64,000 nucleotides of DNA from an uncultured Chlamydiae bacterium (GCA_963754655.1 CAVWGN010000001.1:1408001-1472000), one strand, 5' to 3'; shown: positions 29,963 through 39,632, counted from the first letter of the stretch. Notes: generated by a model not told the origin, from the letters alone. Program-made: numbers and translations.

Positions 29963-31168
29963 AAGAGCTTACCGATATGAATTAAAGCCGAATATCGCTC
30001 AGCGCATCCTCTTAGCCAAGCATGCAGGATCTGCTCGGTTTGCTTATAACTGGGGGCTTGCTGCAAGAATTGAAAAATATGAAAAAGATGGAATATCTAC
30101 TAACGCTATTGAACAGCACCGATTACTCAATAATTTGAAGGGGTCACAATTTTCTTGGATGTATGAGGTGTCAAAATGTGCGCCCCAAGAGGCTTTGAGA
30201 GATCTTGATCGAGCTTTTCAGAATTTTTTCCACCGCCAGAAGAGTGGTAAGAAAGGAGGATTCCCAAAATTTAAGAGAAAGGGGATCAACGATCATTTCC
30301 GATTAACGGGAACCATTAAAGTTAATAAGCAATCCATTCAATTACCTCGTTTGGGTATCATTCGACTTAAAGAGTGTGCAGAAGTACGAGGAAGAATTCT
30401 TTCCGCTACAGTTTCTCGTCAAGCAGATCGGTGGTATGTTAGTGTAACGGTAGAGTGTGAAATAGAAAATTCCCAGCCAGTTGAAGGACCAGCGATTGGC
30501 ATTGATGTCGGGCTAACCTCTTTTGTTACAACTTCAGAAGGTGAAAAAACTATTTCACCAAAGCCTTTAAATAAATCGCTTAAAAAGATAAGAGTATTAA
30601 ATAAAAAACAAAGTCGCAAACAAAAGGGTTCTAGTAATTATAAGAAATCATCTCTTTTGTTAGCCAGACAGCATCGAAAAATCGGCAATCAACGCACTGA
30701 TTTCCATCATAAATTATCAACAAGATTGGCGAAAACCAAGTCAATTATTGTTGTTGAAGATTTGGATGTACAAACTTTGCAGCAAAAGAATAGGTTGATA
30801 GGTTGAGTAGAGGGATTGCCGATGCAGGATGGAGCGGATTTATACGCATGCTTGCCTATAAGACAGAATGGTATGGCTCGAAGCTAATAAGAGCGCCAAG
30901 GTATTATTCTTCTTCAAAAATCTGTTCTCATTGTCAGCATAAAGCCATCCAAATGCCGCTGAACATCAGGGAATGGGTCTGTCAACGTTGCAGTACACAA
31001 CACGATAGAGACATTAATGCAGCCAAAAATTTATTAAAATTGAGTACCGTGAGTTCCACGGGAATTTACGCTTGTGGAGATTCCTCTTGTGGGATAGGCC
31101 AAAAGTCTATTAGCAATGTATCGATGAAGCAAGAAGTAATGAATGGTATATTTGTCCATAAGTTATAG
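29952..31168 (+). pseudogene. tnpB: TnpB RNA-guided endonuclease, frameshifted
   Basis: RAYRYEL...ARFAYN; RuvC motifs GIDVGL, VVEDL, HDRDINAAKN; CSHC/CQRC zinc finger; split by tandem TAGGTTGA duplication at 30791-30806. Confidence 0.9.
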
Positions 31169-31189
31169 AACGGTAAGTAAAGCTTATTT

Positions 31190-31573
31190 TTATGCCTGAG
31201 TTTTTCCGACCCAAATGGCAAAAGCTGTGGCATATTGCTGACAATGACTAAGCGAAACATGGAGGGTGGTGAGATCGCCAAATAGTTCTTGTGCGAATGG
31301 CGAGAAAATAGCGATTGGTTTACCTGTGGGATGATTTCGAATCTCAATATCTAACCAAGTCAGTCCTTGGGAAAATCCTGTTCCCAAGGCCTTTACAATG
31401 GCTTCTTTAGCTGCAAAGCGGCCTGCTAAGTGAAGAGCAGGCTCTTTGCGTTTGAGACAATAGTCCTGCTCATAGGAGGTAAATACGCGATTGAGAAATC
31501 GCTGTGAATAACGGGTAAGAACTGCTTGAATGCGGGCAGTTTCCACAATGTCATTACCAATTCCCAAAATCAT
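31190..31573 (-). CDS. acpS: Holo-[acyl-carrier-protein] synthase
   Basis: GIGNDIVE, LAGRFAAKEAIVKALGTG, VSLSH motifs. Confidence 0.95.
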   Translation of the reverse strand: MILGIGNDIVETARIQAVLTRYSQRFLNRVFTSYEQDYCLKRKEPALHLAGRFAAKEAIVKALGTGFSQGLTWLDIEIRNHPTGKPIAIFSPFAQELFGDLTTLHVSLSHCQQYATAFAIWVGKTQA

Positions 31574-32664
31574 AAAGCCAGAAAATTTTTATGTGTCTCA
31601 AGCTCTTGACTATTATTTGAAAAATCATCCTCTGTCAACAGACTTCCCTCTTCTGCTGCATTGCAGAAAATCATTCTACCCGAAGAAGTGTGCTTAACAG
31701 ACAAGACATAAGCTTTAATTGTTTCCCCAATAAATTCAGCTCCTCCATTGACAACTACCATTGTTCCATCTTCCAGGTAACCCACACCTTGACGAGCCTC
31801 TTTACCATAGCGTTGAATCTTGATGTTAATCGATTCGCCTGCTTGTGTAATAGGTTTGAGGGCATTGGAAAGCATATGAATGTTGATAATTCTTACACCT
31901 TCAATCGACGCTTGTTGAATGCGATTAATATCTGATGTAATGATATGCGTATCCATGAAGCGAGCTAAGCGAATGAGCTTCATCATCGGATCTTTAATTT
32001 CTGGAAAATCAGTATCTGCATAACGCAAGTCAAGTGAAGGCAAACCTTCAAGCTTTTTAATTAAATCTAAACAACGTCGAGCTTTAGTTTTCGTCATTTC
32101 ATCTCCCGTTTCAGCCTGGGCATAAAGTTCTTTGACGGCAAAGCGGGGAATAATCAGGTGATGATCAAGCAAACCAGAAGAAGCTAAATCAACAATGCGA
32201 GGATCCGAGAGAATAGATAAATCAACTAAAATATCTTTTTTCTTATGGCTCATCTGCTTGAATTCTATAAAGGGAATGCTCAAGCGAATTTCTTCAGCAG
32301 CTTGTACAGTCATAATCATTCCCACATAAGTGCAAATGAGGTAAACGAGAAATCGCAAGGGCATAAAATCGGCACTGCTGATTTCCCAGCTCATGATGCC
32401 GCTTAGGCTAAATAAAATGGTTTGTGCCATCAGATAGCCAAAAAATAGCCCTAAGATAGCAGTATTAAAGGAGCGTAAATTGAAGCGTTTAAAAATAAAT
32501 TCAACTCCGATTAGTCCTCCTGCTAGAATCCCTCCTCCTAAGAGTCCGACTGCAACATTAATCCACTGGAAACCGCCTTCAAAATAATGTGTAGTAAAAC
32601 TGACTGAAAAGAGTAAACATATCACGGAAAATAAAACTTGAATAAGAGAGAGTGAAATACTCAT
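31570..32664 (-). CDS. Membrane PIN/TRAM-domain protein (YacL-like)
   Basis: Four N-terminal transmembrane segments, ILVDLSILSDPRI PIN-like motif, GKEARQGVGYLEDGTMVVV TRAM signature. Confidence 0.9.
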   Translation of the reverse strand: MSISLSLIQVLFSVICLLFSVSFTTHYFEGGFQWINVAVGLLGGGILAGGLIGVEFIFKRFNLRSFNTAILGLFFGYLMAQTILFSLSGIMSWEISSADFMPLRFLVYLICTYVGMIMTVQAAEEIRLSIPFIEFKQMSHKKKDILVDLSILSDPRIVDLASSGLLDHHLIIPRFAVKELYAQAETGDEMTKTKARRCLDLIKKLEGLPSLDLRYADTDFPEIKDPMMKLIRLARFMDTHIITSDINRIQQASIEGVRIINIHMLSNALKPITQAGESINIKIQRYGKEARQGVGYLEDGTMVVVNGGAEFIGETIKAYVLSVKHTSSGRMIFCNAAEEGSLLTEDDFSNNSQELETHKNFLAL

Positions 32665-32949
32665 GATTTTGGTTCTTTACCTCATACAAAGTTAAATGCT
32701 TTGAAATTTTTGTTCAAAGAATCTTAATAAAATTTTAATAAAGCCACCCGTCTACGAGATCGAGCGTGGCTAAGCTTAACACAATCTTAATTTTTTGTAT
32801 ACAAATTAAAACTTGATTCTGCAAAGCAATACAAATGTTTTAAGCACGTGTAGAAAAGCTTGGAATTAACCTAATCTTTTTTTACACTTCAAAACTCAGG
32901 TTTTAAGAACCAAAAGTTTCTTTACAATTTACCATTAAGGATTTTCTCT

Positions 32950-33456
32950 ATGTTTAAAGTGAGTCATTCAACTCTTATTTTTTTGTCGGGATTTGCTTGG
33001 TTAGCTATTGGCTGTTTTCTTTTGCCGCTCGGGTTAAATTTTATTGTAGCATCGCTTCTCAAGGAAAATGCTGCTCAGCCTCATCCCATTCTTTACTTTC
33101 TAGCCCCTTATGCTGGAGGACTAGATGCAGCGGCTCTGGTTTTAATTGCATGCGCCCTTCTGATTGGATTTTTGAAAGGGAGAACAGTATTTTCTAAGAG
33201 CGTAAAAAGAAGCGTTAGCCGCATTTTAACTCTTCCCAACCCAGCCCCTTTGAGCAAAATTTACACTCCTAGCTATTATCTGTTACTCGGTTCCATGGTT
33301 TTGTTAGGAGTTCTTGTACGCTATACTCCTTTAGATGTTAGGGGTGCAGTCGATGTAATCGTTGGCTCTGCATTGATTAATGGAGCGATGCTTTATTTTC
33401 GTCAAGCTTGGATTGTACGCCGCGCAACTTATCGGTCGTCCTCCGAGCTGAGATGA
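32950..33456 (+). CDS. Hypothetical integral membrane protein
   Basis: 168 aa, about four hydrophobic segments, clean intergenic context. Confidence 0.75.
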   Translation: MFKVSHSTLIFLSGFAWLAIGCFLLPLGLNFIVASLLKENAAQPHPILYFLAPYAGGLDAAALVLIACALLIGFLKGRTVFSKSVKRSVSRILTLPNPAPLSKIYTPSYYLLLGSMVLLGVLVRYTPLDVRGAVDVIVGSALINGAMLYFRQAWIVRRATYRSSSELR

Positions 33457-33589
33457 GGAAAATGTGAGTTCGGCAGGGTTGAAACTGCTCAACACATTTA
33501 CCGAAAAACAGAGAACTAATACATGAAATCCATCTGGATTTGAAGCCCTGCAGTCCAATCACACGGGCTTACAATGTGGTGGATCATGC

Positions 33590-33738
33590 GACGCCTTCAG
33601 TCGCCGCGCCGCTTCGCTCTGGGCTCTGGGTGAGGAGTTGTGAACCCACCGTTCGGTCGCCCTCTGGGCTCTGTCACGGTGGGTTTACAACTCCTCACCC
33701 AGAGCCCAGAGCGAAGCGGCGCGGCGACTGAAGGCGTC
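33590..33738. repeat. Stand-alone GC-rich hairpin, related to the core module of palindrome family 2
   Basis: About 63-bp arms GACGCCTTCAGTCGCCGCGCCGCTTCGCTCTGGGCTCT... with a 23-nt loop; homologous to 21937-22031. Confidence 0.9.
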
Positions 33739-33827
33739 ACTTATCACTTAGCTTACCGCCTCTTGTTAGCTTAACGCATAAGAGGTTTAAATTCGCTTCT
33801 AAAGGCAAAAACTCATTATCCTTCCTT

Positions 33828-34808
33828 TTATAGGGCTTCAAGTGCAGTTTTAAAAGCAGGTCCTGTTGTTGGATCTTTGTTTATCGGTAAGAAGACAAAA
33901 CGTACTTCTTCAAATGCACTTGGATTTTTCTCTACAAATTCTTTTACTGTTTTTAAAGCTATAGGAGCTACTTGATCGAGAGGGGCTTGAAATATGCCTG
34001 TACTCAGGGAAGGAAAAGAGATCGAATGCAAGGCTTGCTTCGTGAAATTATCGCTGACATAGTTAGCATGCTTATTTGGATCTTGCGCTATTTCTAAACT
34101 GTTTTGAAAAGCTGCCGTAAGAAGCTCTTCGCCATTTTCTTTTTCTGCTTTAACGCGATAATCAGGCCCAACTGCATGAACAATGGCCTTGACTCTGGGT
34201 GCTAAATCGCCCGCAGTTGTCAGAACGGCCTCACCAATATCAATTTGCTTGCGCTTTTGAGCTGCTAAAATTGTTTTACATTCCTTAAACGGGTCTTTGC
34301 CAGCCGCTTTGCTAATGGCACCACAAAGTCCGGCGCCTGCCAAAAGACGTTCATTAGCGGCGTTGACAATGATATCCGTTGTTTCTTCTGTTAAATCGCC
34401 ATATAATAAAACAATTTTGGTTTTTCCAATCTGTTTTTCAGCAAGGATTTCATTGGGGCTGGCTTTTGTCAAGATTTTGCATGCATTTAGTTGAATTTTA
34501 AAAGCTAGTTTAATGATGAGGGCAATCGTCGGCAATATGCCACCTGACAAAATATAGCTGCTCACTTTCAATACCGTATCGAATAGAGGAACCTGATTGA
34601 CATTCCCTTTTTCAAAATAAATTTTGCGGGCATCAATGCGCTCTGCCTTGACCTCAAAAGTTTCCGAAGTCAAAGAGGCGTATTGATCCGCTAAGCTTCC
34701 AATATAATATCCCCATTTTGAGAGGGAAGTCGTTCCGGGGTTGTCCGTCAACGTAAAGATAACGGGTTCACAAAAAGAGAAGTATGCAATTCTTTCACTA
34801 TAATCCAT
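33828..34808 (-). CDS. Macrodomain (ADP-ribose binding/hydrolase) protein with N-terminal membrane segment
   Basis: DIIVNAANERLLAGAGLCGAISKAAG, IVHAVGP, SISFPSLSTGIF; hydrophobic LKVSSYILSGGILPTIALIIKLAF. Confidence 0.88.
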   Translation of the reverse strand: MDYSERIAYFSFCEPVIFTLTDNPGTTSLSKWGYYIGSLADQYASLTSETFEVKAERIDARKIYFEKGNVNQVPLFDTVLKVSSYILSGGILPTIALIIKLAFKIQLNACKILTKASPNEILAEKQIGKTKIVLLYGDLTEETTDIIVNAANERLLAGAGLCGAISKAAGKDPFKECKTILAAQKRKQIDIGEAVLTTAGDLAPRVKAIVHAVGPDYRVKAEKENGEELLTAAFQNSLEIAQDPNKHANYVSDNFTKQALHSISFPSLSTGIFQAPLDQVAPIALKTVKEFVEKNPSAFEEVRFVFLPINKDPTTGPAFKTALEAL

Positions 34809-34890
34809 AATATTATCTTTGGTAATGAGTTAAATTAACTTGTTTTATTTAAATAGATTAAATAGAATTTATAATTAAATGCAAGAATAA

Positions 34891-35310
34891 TTATTTGTGA
34901 TAATGGGAGCCTTTTTGAATTTCAATTGTTCGATAAATTTGTTCAATGAGAACCAGCCGTGTCATTTGGTGAGTAAAAGTAAGAGGAGATAAGCTCAGTA
35001 ATGGTCCCTGTTTAAGTTCTGGTGGAAGGCCCTCAGCTCCGCCTATCACTAAAGTCAGGCGAGATCCTCCCTTTTCCCATTGTTGGATCAAGAATTGAGC
35101 GAATTCTTCACTTGTCAGCAAACGTCCAGAAGGATCCAAACAAAGATAAGAACTTTCTTTTTGAGTCCATTCTAAGAGTTGAGGGTTATCTTTGGCCCAA
35201 ACGCACTCAACTTGCACAAAGGATTTTAAACGTTTAACGTATTCATTAAAAGCTTCGTCCAGCCATTTTTCTTTTGTCTTTCCAATGGAGAAAATTTTTA
35301 GTTTAATCAT
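34891..35310 (-). CDS. rlmH: 23S rRNA pseudouridine-1915 methyltransferase
   Basis: KIFSIGK...EYVKRL, IGGAEGL, LSLSPLTFTHQMTRLVLIEQIYR...GSHYHK. Confidence 0.95.
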   Translation of the reverse strand: MIKLKIFSIGKTKEKWLDEAFNEYVKRLKSFVQVECVWAKDNPQLLEWTQKESSYLCLDPSGRLLTSEEFAQFLIQQWEKGGSRLTLVIGGAEGLPPELKQGPLLSLSPLTFTHQMTRLVLIEQIYRTIEIQKGSHYHK

Positions 35311-35327
35311 AAAGGTTGAGTACTCCG

Positions 35328-35385
35328 CGTCCCCTCAGTTTGTGGCTATTGAGAACAATTTCAATAGCCACAAACTGAGGGGACG
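35328..35385. repeat. Perfect 25-bp-arm hairpin between smpB and rlmH
   Basis: CGTCCCCTCAGTTTGTGGCTATTGA-N8-TCAATAGCCACAAACTGAGGGGACG. Confidence 0.9.
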
Positions 35386-35390
35386 AATGA

Positions 35391-35846
35391 CTAACGGGTC
35401 TGTTTTAAGGCCTGTTGCATACGCCGCTTTTCGTCGCGTTCTTTAATATCTGAACGCTTATCAATGTTTTTCTTACCTTTGGCAGTAGCAATGCGCAGCT
35501 TAACTCTTCCTTGTTTGAGATACATGGCAAGGGGAATAATGGTGAGTCCTTTTTCATTAGCAGCAACCTTAAGGCGGTTAATTTCTCGTTTATGCATGAG
35601 AAGTTTGCGATCGCGCTTTTCTTCATGATTGTAAATATTTCCAAAACGATAAGGAGCAATGTTGCAGCCAATGAGCCAAATTTCTCCATTTAAGACTTTG
35701 ACATAGGCTTCTTGAAGTGTGGCACCATGATTGCGAATTGATTTGATTTCTGTTCCTTGCAGAACAATACCTACTTCAAATGTTTCGAGAATTTCATAAT
35801 CATGTGTCGCACGACGATTAGAAACAAGGTCTTGGGATTGACTCAT
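35391..35846 (-). CDS. smpB: SsrA-binding protein
   Basis: NRRATHDY, GIVLQGTEIKSIR, RDRKLLMHKREI, GKKNIDKR. Confidence 0.97.
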   Translation of the reverse strand: MSQSQDLVSNRRATHDYEILETFEVGIVLQGTEIKSIRNHGATLQEAYVKVLNGEIWLIGCNIAPYRFGNIYNHEEKRDRKLLMHKREINRLKVAANEKGLTIIPLAMYLKQGRVKLRIATAKGKKNIDKRSDIKERDEKRRMQQALKQTR

Positions 35847-35918
35847 ATGGATTTGACCACTAGATAATGCGTTGATAACATTGCTATTTTAACTTATTCA
35901 GGACTAAGGTGCAAGGGA

Positions 35919-37031
35919 CTATATTACTGATGGAGGATACGGTTGCAAACAAGATTGAGCCGCTAAAGGCAGTAGCAAGATCTTTTTGGGCCCAGCAAAT
36001 GAATTTAGGAGATCAGAATCAGTAGTGGTTAAAAAAACTTGGCCTAATGAACCTAGTTGATCGAGCAGTCGCTCGCGCCGTTTTCCATCTAAACTGATTC
36101 CTACATCATCGATCATCAAAAGGGGAATGTCGTCTGCTACTTGTTTTAAGCGTTGCCATTCGCCCATATGTAAAGCGGCAACGCAGCTACGTTGTTGACC
36201 TTCGCTAGCAAAAAAACGGGCATCTCGTCCCCCTATTCCAATCCAAATATCATCTTTATGAGGCCCTACAAGTGTATGACCAAACACCATTTCTCGAGTT
36301 CGATTTTTGTTGAATTGATGCAAATGGAATTGTTTGATTTCTGCTTCGTTTTGGCAGTCACTGGCTCCTGAGCAATATTCCAGCGTTAAATTTTCCTTTT
36401 CTCCCGTTAGATAACTGTAAAATGCCTGGCAATGAATTTGAAGCGCCTGTAGGCTGCGGCGGCGTTGCATTACAAGATAAGAAGAGGCTTGCGCCATTTC
36501 ATTCTCCCAGCTTTCAATGCTAAGCAGTTTTTTTTGCTTTAAAAGTTGGTTACGCTGGCGCATGGCTTTGGTATAGCGTGCAAAATAATGGACATAGAGA
36601 GGGTCGACTTGAGCCAGTTGAATATCGAGGAATTGACGGCGCAATAGAGGGGGACCTTTAACTAAATTGACATCATCGGGTGTCATGGTGACACCTTGAA
36701 TGAGGCCCAATAAATTGGAAACATTTGATAAAACGGTACTATTATAAATGATTTTCCGCTCTTTCCCTTCCATATAAATGCGTAATTTTTGATCAACATC
36801 GTGTTTGCAAAAAATGGCTTCTAAATAAAAGGAATTGCATCCGATATGAATCAAATCCTGATTCAAAATAGAGCGGAAGGATCGACCAAACATGAGGTAA
36901 TGAATGGCTTCTAATACACTCGTTTTCCCTTGCGCATTGGGTCCGCAGATGAGGTTAATGGAAGGATCAAACTCAAAATAGACTTCCCTATAATTGCGAA
37001 ATTGCTGCAAATAGAGAGAGCGCAGATGCAT
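35919..37031 (-). CDS. recF: DNA replication and repair protein RecF
   Basis: FRNY, GPNAQGKT, SFR, GPHKDD, SEGQQR, LLMIDD. Confidence 0.97.
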   Translation of the reverse strand: MHLRSLYLQQFRNYREVYFEFDPSINLICGPNAQGKTSVLEAIHYLMFGRSFRSILNQDLIHIGCNSFYLEAIFCKHDVDQKLRIYMEGKERKIIYNSTVLSNVSNLLGLIQGVTMTPDDVNLVKGPPLLRRQFLDIQLAQVDPLYVHYFARYTKAMRQRNQLLKQKKLLSIESWENEMAQASSYLVMQRRRSLQALQIHCQAFYSYLTGEKENLTLEYCSGASDCQNEAEIKQFHLHQFNKNRTREMVFGHTLVGPHKDDIWIGIGGRDARFFASEGQQRSCVAALHMGEWQRLKQVADDIPLLMIDDVGISLDGKRRERLLDQLGSLGQVFLTTTDSDLLNSFAGPKKILLLPLAAQSCLQPYPPSVI

Positions 37032-37058
37032 ATTTACCTGACACTCACGTTATGATAA

Positions 37059-38183
37059 TTAATCTTCTGACAGGCGCATGGGCATTAGAACAAATAAGGG
37101 AGAGGCTTGGCTAAGTTTTTCAGATTGTTCCCCATCTGTAATAATTCCAGGATTATAAGGATCTGTTAATCCCAGTGTCACAGTTTCTTGTTTGCAATGG
37201 CGCAGGATATCAAGGAAGAATCCTGGATTAAAAGCAATCTCAAGCTTAGAATCTTGATAATTCACTGGCATGCCCACATGACCCTCTCCAATATCCATCG
37301 TATTGGCTGTGAGCCTAAGTTCCCCATTCGTAAAGGTAAATCTTACAGAATGATTGTGGTCTGCTGTAAATAATGAAATTTGGCGAAGCAGCGAGGTCAG
37401 TTCTTCTCGGTGCAAAGAGATAATAATCTCAGAATTTTCTGGAATGACTCGATTAATGTCTGGATAATCGCCCGCTAAGAGCTTGGTGAGTAGAAGTGTC
37501 TGATTGGCTTGAATAGTGATTTTATCTGACATAAGAGAGATTTTTGCCTCTCCTTCATCACTCAAATTCTTAAGGATCTCTTCAACAGCTTTTAAAGGAA
37601 TAATAGATTGACTTGTAAAGGCAGGAGAAATAGGAATAGAAATGTGCGCACGAGCTAAACGTTTGCCATCTGTTCCAACAAATGTCACTTGGCTATTGGC
37701 AATATGCATCAATACGCCAGTCAAAACGTAGCGATTATCTTCTTTAGAGACAGCAAATGAGGTGCGATAAAGCACATCTTTAAGATCTTTCTGTTGAATT
37801 TGGAAAGTTTGAGCATCGGATGAATCAGGTAAAGCAGGATAGTCATGTTTACTCATTCCATTTAACTTAAAACGAGAAGTTCCGGCGACAAGTGTCGTCA
37901 TTTCGTGGGGATTAGAAGAGATTTCAACATTTGTGGTCGTCAATTCGCGCACTAGCTGTGCTAAACGTTTGGCAGGTAGCGTCGTCGCCCCTTCTTCCAA
38001 AATCTTGACTTCCGTATTGCAGCGAATCCCTACAGTCAAATCTGTTGCCGTCAAAATCAGTTCATCATTGCCAGCTTCGATCAAAAAGTTATTTAAAATA
38101 GGAATGGTCGCTTTTTGAGGAACAACGTTTTGAATTTTGCTAATTAAGTAGTTAAGTTCTTGGGTAGAAATTACAAACTTCAT
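37059..38183 (-). CDS. dnaN: DNA polymerase III beta clamp
   Basis: TIPILNN, LTATDL, RYVLTGV, GTDGKRLA, YPD, VLMPMR; ATG at 38183 preferred. Confidence 0.97.
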   Translation of the reverse strand: MKFVISTQELNYLISKIQNVVPQKATIPILNNFLIEAGNDELILTATDLTVGIRCNTEVKILEEGATTLPAKRLAQLVRELTTTNVEISSNPHEMTTLVAGTSRFKLNGMSKHDYPALPDSSDAQTFQIQQKDLKDVLYRTSFAVSKEDNRYVLTGVLMHIANSQVTFVGTDGKRLARAHISIPISPAFTSQSIIPLKAVEEILKNLSDEGEAKISLMSDKITIQANQTLLLTKLLAGDYPDINRVIPENSEIIISLHREELTSLLRQISLFTADHNHSVRFTFTNGELRLTANTMDIGEGHVGMPVNYQDSKLEIAFNPGFFLDILRHCKQETVTLGLTDPYNPGIITDGEQSEKLSQASPLFVLMPMRLSED

Positions 38184-38264
38184 AGTTATCCGTCCTAAAT
38201 CATCATGGTGCTTGAAGATACGAGATTTAGGCCCCAATGTCAAGGTAAAACCAAACCCTATGAA

Positions 38265-39632
38265 TTAATGAATGAAGTGGTTGCTAAAGGGAGTTAAGCA
38301 AAAGCAGGGACGGCCATGGAAAAGACCTGTCTCCACGACTCCTAGCTCGGCTAACCTCTCTAAAATGACAACTTGTATGAACTGTTTTTCTAGATCTGTA
38401 TAAGCAGGAACAACATATTTCCACTTTTTTCCTTTATTTTTTAAGGTCACCGGCTCTTGATCTCCAATAGGAACGATGACTCCCTGTAAAAAGTCTTGCA
38501 TTTCTATCCATTCATTGGGAGCAAGTCGTCTCAAGCTTTTTTCTACTAAATGTAAATTACGAATATTCCAAAGCGTAGAAAACTCTTCGACATTTGGAGG
38601 GGTGTTGAGAGGGTCCTGGGCCAATGCGGAGACTTGCTCTGGAATCGATTTTAATATCCAGTTTTGTCCTTTTTCAGTTGCTATGATTTGATGATTTGTA
38701 CTTTGTTTAACAAATTCTAGCTGAATCAATTTGCGGATAAGACTCTGAAGTTGATAAGGACTACAACTATGCAAATCCTTGACATCTTTTGGAAAGATTT
38801 TTTTGGATTGACAGGCACGTAAAAGAGTCACCAAATCTTTGATAAATTGAAATTCAGTTTTTTCAATTTTTTCAATTGGACCTTGAATCGGTCGAAATTG
38901 AGATTGAGTTTCAAATTGTAAATAGTCTAGCCATTCAGCAAAAGGAGTCACAACTTCTTGCCAATAATCGCCTATTCTTTGATAGCTTAAGCAGCAGACA
39001 AAGTGGTATTCAAGTAATAATAAATATTCTTCTAAACATTCATGGGTTAAGTCAAATTTAGCCATTAATGCTGCTGTTGTGACTTTAAATTGAGGAGATT
39101 GATAAACTTCTTGAATGATGGCTTTAAAAATCGGATGATCAAATTGCAACTCATTGAGGTATTGTTGATAGATCTTTGGAGTTAAAAAGTATTTCTCAAT
39201 AATGGATCCAAAAATATTGTCTGATGAACGAGGAATAGCATACCAAAGAGGAAGAATATGAATAGGCACTTGATTTAAAATGCTTTGTAAAAACTCAAGG
39301 TCAGGACGAAAATTTTCATCAAATTTCCCCATCTTCACTTCAAAGTATTTTCGCATTTCTTTATCTACTATTAGCACCATGTTCTGTCGTTTAAACAGTT
39401 TTGTGGCACTTAACTTATCTAAAATAGGCAACAGCAAATCGACTCTTGCCCCTAAATCTTCTGCAAATTGTTCTATTGATATCTTCAATGAATGATGGAT
39501 AATTTCTCGCATCACTTCAACTTCAAATACACTCAATTGAGCAATTAAAAGACGCGTTTCAATATCGCGGCGAAAAGAGTAATCAGCTAAGCTGATTTTC
39601 GCTTTGCGTAGCGGAGGAACAGATGATAGCAT
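38265..39632 (-). CDS. Hypothetical protein
   Basis: 455-aa ORF co-directional with dnaN; no motif recognised with confidence. Confidence 0.75.
   Translation of the reverse strand: MLSSVPPLRKAKISLADYSFRRDIETRLLIAQLSVFEVEVMREIIHHSLKISIEQFAEDLGARVDLLLPILDKLSATKLFKRQNMVLIVDKEMRKYFEVKMGKFDENFRPDLEFLQSILNQVPIHILPLWYAIPRSSDNIFGSIIEKYFLTPKIYQQYLNELQFDHPIFKAIIQEVYQSPQFKVTTAALMAKFDLTHECLEEYLLLLEYHFVCCLSYQRIGDYWQEVVTPFAEWLDYLQFETQSQFRPIQGPIEKIEKTEFQFIKDLVTLLRACQSKKIFPKDVKDLHSCSPYQLQSLIRKLIQLEFVKQSTNHQIIATEKGQNWILKSIPEQVSALAQDPLNTPPNVEEFSTLWNIRNLHLVEKSLRRLAPNEWIEMQDFLQGVIVPIGDQEPVTLKNKGKKWKYVVPAYTDLEKQFIQVVILERLAELGVVETGLFHGRPCFCLTPFSNHFIH

Larger units (their letters stand above)
29337..31173 (+). mobile_element. 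IS607-family insertion sequence
   Basis: Serine-recombinase tnpA overlapping tnpB; boundaries defined by paralogous empty sites (CCAGAGAAAAA(A/G)GTAA at ~22523, ~22722, ~26856); GG at both junctions, no long target duplication. Confidence 0.92.
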
